Source of the DNA: Bigelowiella natans CCMP2755
Lineage: Eukaryota > Protista > Cercozoa
Assembly (NCBI GenBank): GCA_000320545.1
Contig: ADNK01000899.1
Span: forward strand, 1 to 45,386
Direction of reading: 5' to 3'
Length of the DNA: 45,386 bases
The notes beneath the pieces were generated by a model. The model was not told where the DNA came from and searched no databases. It saw only the letters and a program-made list of their open reading frames with translations. Shown here piece by piece: positions 38,836 to 45,386 of this stretch (the first letter of the stretch is position 1; every line of letters starts with the position of its first letter). A program made the translations under genes and the position numbers.

Positions 38836-39533
38836 GGACTGTGTGGATAAGGAGGAGAGAGGGAGGGTACATGAGATATCAAAACGGCAAATAGAAACAT
38901 CATCTGTGAATAAATAACAAATAGGATGAAAAGAGAAGGGCAGAAGAGCAGTTAAAAAACGTAATAAATAATAAGATGATGATGATGACGATGATGATGA
39001 TATTTAGTAGTACTATTATTAAACCAATGTGTATTGTGATGTTGAGATACCATCATCAACATGTTGGATGTTGTTGTTGTTGTTGTTGTTCTACTTTTGA
39101 GCCCTACTACTACTACTACCACCACCACTACAGCTAAGCTAGTTGATGACTCGCTGCTGCTTTTATTTGTTCTAATCAAATTGCGAGTATTTAGTTACCT
39201 GTCGCCAGTCAGTGTATAATGATCATCTGTGCTAGATATTAATACATCATCGTTTATCATCATTATTATCACTATTACTTGCTCACAGACAAAACAAAAA
39301 TTATGCGAATTAGAAGAAAGAGCAAGGGAAGAAAAGGTATTGTTGAGCAGATAGTAGACAATAGTAGAAATTAATGAATTAGAGAGCAGTTGGAGGTAAG
39401 CAGTAGCACCAGCACTAGCCATGATAATATTTGAAGAATACAATGATGTAGTAATACTTCGATGTTTTTTTGGTCGGTCCTCAGGAAGCGAAGGACCAGG
39501 CAAACAAACAGCTTAAGAATGTAATCCCCCAAG

Positions 39534-39593
<60 letters not shown>

Positions 39594-39886
39594 ATGACAT
39601 TAGTCAGTGTCCCACCACTTTGTTGATTCATCATTGTTCCATTATTATCATAATCTTCACTGTCATATTCTCTTTGCATTATTTCCATCATTGAGAGAGA
39701 AAGCACTTGTAATAATCTATTGAGGAGAACTCTCGATGAAAAATTAGTAGTGCAGTAGTAGCAGTAGTAGAAGGAAAAATGAAGAATAAGAATTATAGGA
39801 CGATGACGGCAAAAACATACATATTGGTGCTGCTGCTACTGCTAATTTTTCATAGAAGAGAAAACAACAACAACTACAGCGAAAAC

Positions 39887-39942
<56 letters not shown>

Positions 39943-40374
39943 TTATAGGCCCGCATGAGTATCGTGAAGTTGGCAGAATTCGGTGGTTTATCCGTAGAGG
40001 TAGTTTGTTGAAGTCTATAGGCATTATCATTATCACCATTGCTCTTGTTCTTGTTCTTGCTCTTTTTTTATCATCGTCATAGTCATCGCCTGTGGTGTTT
40101 CTTTGAGAACACTAAGAGAATGAATCATCACCGTCTCGTCACTCAAATGACGATATCCTATAAACCAAAATGATATGATACACCACCACCACCACCACCA
40201 CCACCACCTACAACTGGCACAGCTCCTACTAGTATTACTACTACTACTACTACTGCTACTACTATAGCTTCTACCATGCAAACACTGCTGTTGCTGCAAA
40301 GGATTTGGACATGGAAAAATTAGAGGCATTAGCAGAGATGCCGTCTGGTTTTGCTGGTCTTCCAGGTTACTATA

Positions 40375-40424
<50 letters not shown>

Positions 40425-40804
40425 AAAGAGAGGGAGACTTTAAGAAGGGCGTTATGTGCTTCGTCGTTATATCTGTGATTGATAAGTAGAGTAGTGATGG
40501 ATATGTTACTCTGTTTGACATCATCGTCATCATCAATGATATAATGGTAATGATGATGATGATGATGATGATTCTGTAGTAGCACTTGCTGTTCTAAAGG
40601 ATGCTTGACTCCACCACCACCACCGCCATCGTCGTCATCGTCTTCATCATCTTCATTATCAATATTATCATCCAAATTTAGGTGTAAAATCCGGAAATGG
40701 ACTATCCCCAAAACCACCTAAGAAAGCTGCTATGGCTCTCAGAAGAGCTTCTTTTGTCGCAGGAATTGATGTATTAACAGATGTTATATTTCTCTTATTT
40801 TCTA

Positions 40805-40841
<37 letters not shown>

Positions 40842-41048
40842 CTTTCTCTCTGTTATGGAAAGAGAAATAACCCCCCCCTCATCATTATCATCATCTCCGT
40901 ATATATTAGTAAGCAATATTTCGTTGCTAACTTGTTTGTATTTACATCATTTGTCGTTAGTCAAGTGCAGTACGTGGATGGTTGATGAAAAGGGGAGAAT
41001 GGAACCCTTCATTCAAACGAAGGTAGTAGCTCAACCACACCAGCTACC

Positions 41049-41084
<36 letters not shown>

Positions 41085-41933
41085 CTGTGTTCTATTAATT
41101 TTACACCTTCAACTTAATTATCGTTTGATTGATTGATTTTCTTTGTGGTATTCTTGTTGTTGTTGTTGTTGTTGAAGATGGTGCAAAGTTCGTGCAGAGA
41201 CAGAGGGGGGAGAAGAACATCTGTATTTGTGTTATTACAAGGTGTTACTAGTAGCATTGCAACCCTATTTTGTCAATCCAGACAAAAGTATAGTACGACA
41301 TTGTATAATCTTGTTAGATATCGTCTATAGTATTAAACCAATGCATTCTCCAAAGCTTTGGATTTTTCCTTTGTTTGTGCTTATTTTTATAGGAAAAGCA
41401 TGATATCAGACCTAGAGGGGAAATACACATATCCTCAGAAACAAAGATTCAGACACCGGTTCTACTACGCGCTTAAAAGAATAATAATAACTACACTCAA
41501 AATCATGTGTTTAAATTGTGCAGTAGCCTCCCCCACCTATCTTTTGAAGGGGGAAGGAGAGAGTTTAGCAGTACCAGAAGATTGTTTGAAACTTGATGAT
41601 ATCGGAACTTACAGTACATATATTCGTGATCATGTTTAGGGGGGGCTAGAGATTCATGTCAAGATAAAGAAAAGGACATATATCTTTAAAGCTGAGAATG
41701 AAAAGGATTTTAAAATGTACGTACTACAGATGATCTTATCATGCCTGCCAACAGCTTTCTTTATGATGTTTTTATGTGTGACTCTTTCTTCCTCTCTCTC
41801 TCTCTCTCTCCCTTAGTTTATTTTTCAGCTTGCTTCCGTCATTCTGCATAGCATGCTTCTTCATTTTTCTTTTTTTTCTTTTATTATGTCTTCTAATAGG
41901 TGGGTCGCAGCTTGCTCCGCACTACAATCGTGA
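32693..41933 (+). CDS. Kinesin motor protein with coiled coil and C-terminal PH domain, about 28 exons
   Basis: Motor motifs: MSDTVRVVTRIRP, SFSFDCAF, P-loop GFNATILAYGQTSSGKTHTM, SFLEIYNEK/VRDLL, switch I NSVSSRSHSI, SKLNL/VDLAGSER, NINKSL, VPYRDSALTKLLSDSLG/GN and ETLSTLRYATRAKKIQN. Coiled-coil exons follow. PH-like tail: VRGWLMKRGEWNPSFKR/RWC..LCYYK/EKHDIRPRGEI../RTYIFKAENEKDFKM/WVAACSALQS* (TGA 41931-41933). A few exons at 39.5-40.3 kb were not resolved. Confidence 0.9.
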
Positions 41934-42632
41934 TGATGAGACCACACAGTAATAATAGGTGTGATTGATATTTTGAAGATGACCAAAAAAAAATCTCGTT
42001 CTTAAGTCGTTGTATTTCCATCCGACCATCGGTGACATTTATCCACTTTTCTATGAATTGCATGTGATTTTGGATCGCGCGGCATTGGAAACAAACATGT
42101 CTATTCATGCAGCAGCAACAATCATAGCAGCAGTAGTGGTAATCTGCATTTGAACATGAGCAAAGTGCGAGTCAGTAGGCGCTGCAGCAAGCTAAAAACA
42201 AAGAATAGTGTGCATAGTGTGGGCTGTTGTGAGTTGTATAGGCCCCTCCACATGTACATTTGCATGAAGAAATGTGGCTTGTTGTCCCATGCCATTAGCA
42301 GCATGCTCAAGTTTGTACCCCAACGATAGTTGTACATATATCAATTCACATTGCATTTGTATTAATAATAATTGGGTCATTGAAGAGTGTGGTGCAGTTT
42401 TGCGCGTCATCGAGCGATTATTATTTGGCGCATACATGCTCAAAATTTTAGGAAAAATAAAACCGAACATCATTTTAATTGGATCCCATTTGTGGACATG
42501 TTACTTTACTTAACTACTTGCACACATCAATCACATCTGCGAGTAGATAAGCGCATATGGGCTGGTACACCTGCTTACTACCATCCCACGATTCGGATGG
42601 TAATGAATTAGCATGTAGTCTAGATGTTCCAA

Positions 42633-42717
42633 CTACCACCCTCCTCCAGCTCCACCACCTCCACTGAATCCTCCCCCACCACCAAATGACGAACCTCCAC
42701 CGCCACCCCCTTTATAA

Positions 42718-42759
<42 letters not shown>

Positions 42760-42985
42760 GAGGGAGAGAGAGAGAGAAGAAAACAAATCTTGAACAAATA
42801 GCACAATAAAATGAAGCGGAAATCGCATGATCCACCATGGTGGCATCACTATTACAACATCCTATACCATGTATCCTCCAACACAACTTACTACACATTA
42901 CCCGATGAAGATGATGAAGCTAATGCTGCTTGAATTGATCGCGACATGGTCATTGCGCTAACAAAATTTATAATTTAATAATGGA

Positions 42986-43023
<38 letters not shown>

Positions 43024-43269
43024 TTTCACAAGCAGCAACATCATGATTATGGGTCGTCGAGAGTGAGTCAGGGAGGTGGCTGCATGAGAAATATGATATT
43101 CACACACAGATACTACTACTTCAATTACTACTAATCTACAACATCAAACAACTTACGTTTCTATTGCATTTGAGACATTAGGAAGGTTATTGACAACGCC
43201 AATGCCTTTAATTTGAAGGAAGACATTATTTCCAACAACATGATAAATACGGCGACTTTGTTCTTATCG

Positions 43270-43303
<34 letters not shown>

Positions 43304-44279
43304 ATTTCTTTTTCTTGTTGCTGTTGTTGTATTTTGACTATACGTTAGTATTATCACCTCTTCTCCTTTACCAGTACACAACTATTCTTATCGTCATCAT
43401 CATCATCATCATTATCAGTGCTATCTTCCTTACTACCATCATATGATGCGATCCTTGGTTGTGTTAACCAGTAGTAGTATAGCCAATCGTCGCCTCCGTT
43501 ATTGAGGCCATTGTAACCGTATTGATTCCGATTTGTTAGTCCTACCATGTTGTGCTTATATTTACTTGATTCATGCTGATGATGATGGCAATGAAGACGT
43601 TCAAGCACATTGCACACTACGAAAAATCATCATCATCATCATCATCATCATTGTCCTCTTGTGATCACACACCACCTCTTCTTCCTCCTCTACTACAAAT
43701 GTGTGCTGCTGCATCTGAAGGCTGCCAAGCACGCCGACCTCCACCGAAATTAGGAAACCTACACACACACGCACACGCACACACAATCACACAATCATTA
43801 TATGATGATATGATTCTAATGATAAACAACAACAAGCCCCCTCCCCCAAGAAGATCAATTTCAAATGGAATCATTGCTAGTAGAATCACTGAATATTTAT
43901 GGATATGCACCTTAACATAATTGGTTCATTCCGATTTCTTCTTCTTCTTCTTAGTGTTATTAGTCTGCTGCTACTGCTGCTACAACAACAACAACTACTA
44001 CTACTACTACTACATATTTTATACCTTTCTTGTAGTCTCTCGAGCATGGCAGTAAGTCGTTGTGTGTTATTGAATCCCCCTCTCCGACTGACACTGCTAT
44101 TATGACCTTCAAACAGGAAAGAAAGCATGAAAGAACATCAGGCATGTTGTGGCTATATCGAATCTCATGCTTCTAATGATGTACGCACTGTTATTTTGTT
44201 GGAGAATAAGAAAAAGAAAAAGAATGAGAAAACACGTTGATTCATCATCATCATCATCATCCTCCTCCTCCTCCTTCTT

Positions 44280-44310
<31 letters not shown>

Positions 44311-45119
44311 TATTTTGATTGATTCCACATCTATTTCTCTTTCCCTATATTCTTCTTCTTCTTATTATTATTATCATTATTATATTATTTTGCATCATCA
44401 TCCTATTCTTTCCTTCTCTGCGCAGTAGCAAGTAACCCCACTCATCGGACTACATACCATCACTTCTTCTCTTCTATACATACTACAACGCATAAGATCT
44501 CCTTCCTTCCTTCTTATTTCTCATTCATCAAACGATGATAATGAAGGCAAGAGCTTTCACCACCTCACCTCTCTTAATCTCCTTCATTTCTTGACCAGCT
44601 CTCCAATTATGCGGTATTTGTGCACGGCAGAGAGGGCATGTCGCATTACCACTACCTGATGAACATGGATGAACATAGAAGCAGTAAAGATCAATTGCCA
44701 TACATACTACGAGAAGCATGCAGGTCATCCTTTCAATACTACTATTATCTCATTTTACCATGCATGATGGCACTTGATGACAACTAAGTACAACACCAAC
44801 AACAACATATATAACAACAAGAAGAAGAGCTATGGCTACCAGAAAGGATATTATAGATAGGATAATCATCATTGCATAAATAATGGCATGAAAGCATCTT
44901 GATGATCGATCATCACCTCTTGACTGAACCCAATCAATAATGCATTCACGATGAAATGTGTGTCCACAAGGAAGAGTAGCTATGGGCTGCTGAACATATC
45001 ATTAACGGGGGGGGAGGGAACAATATGTCCGTCTTCTTTTTAGATCTCTAGCGACTGCTACAACAGCACCTCATTACAAAGAATGTAACGTAACGTAACG
45101 TATGGGAAAACATATGTAT

Positions 45120-45155
<36 letters not shown>

Positions 45156-45348
45156 TTGATAATTCCATTGTTACCTGAGATGATGACGAAGACGCAGGGA
45201 TTGAAATGTAGGCATCATTGCTACTATTATTTGCTTCTTTCTCTTCGCCTTCACAATGATGCACACGATGCTCGAAATTATTATCATTATTATCACTTTA
45301 AAGTTGATGCTGCTGCTCTGGTTTTGTAGGTATCATGATGTGTAACAT

Positions 45349-45386
<38 letters not shown>
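42633..45386 (-). CDS. RING-H2 zinc-finger protein (putative E3 ligase), 5' partial, with Gly-rich C-terminus
   Basis: Exons QPIATLPCGHTFHRECIIDWVQSR (~44917-44989) / GSGNATCPLCRAQIPHNW (~44568-44655). Terminal exons ..PNVSNAIET / AMTMSRSIQAALASSSSS / GGGGGGSSFGGGGGFSGGGGAGGGW* (TAG 42633-42635). The first CxxC of the RING was not found and is presumably upstream of the window. Some middle exons are unresolved. Confidence 0.75.

Noticed and set aside
19350-45386. Many poly-S, poly-L, poly-H, YIYI and CVCV ORFs in the track
   Set aside because: They are translations of intronic microsatellites.
1-45386. Introner-type or autonomous transposable elements, rRNA or tRNA genes
   Set aside because: No introns share sequence beyond simple repeats, and no transposase, reverse transcriptase or structured RNA gene was recognisable by eye.

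Overview
Eukaryotic, AT-rich, microsatellite-rich and very intron-dense nuclear DNA. It is probably from a protist; the gene style suggests a chlorarachniophyte or other rhizarian, but that is only a guess. The window starts in a degenerate CCCTAA-type telomeric array, so it is probably a left chromosome end. Most ORFs in the supplied track are microsatellite artefacts, so genes were rebuilt by hand from GT-AG exon chains. Left to right: a THUMP-domain tRNA-modification adaptor (THUMPD1/Tan1-like, minus, ~945-3393); one or two unidentified multi-exon membrane-protein genes (plus, ~3.7-9.3 kb); a degenerate GNAT-like gene or pseudogene (minus, ~11.7-13.9 kb); a bacterial-type M14 cytosolic-carboxypeptidase-like gene with an N-terminal extension and a 1-nt frameshift (plus, 14242-17089); a sterol 3-beta-glucosyltransferase (minus, ~19.2-31.6 kb); a kinesin with a C-terminal PH domain (plus, 32693-41933); and a 5'-partial RING-H2 gene ending in a bacterial-style Gly-rich GGGW tail (minus, 42633 to window end). 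The strongest unexplained signal is a set of non-genic tracts, including the telomeric repeats themselves, that look as if TpA has been systematically converted to TpG/CpA while TAG/CTAG is spared. This suggests a targeted A:T->G:C hypermutation process, opposite in direction to fungal RIP. Other notable patterns are reverse-complementary microsatellite pairs within single introns and local tandem duplications of splice junctions. All composition statements are by eye and have not been computed.
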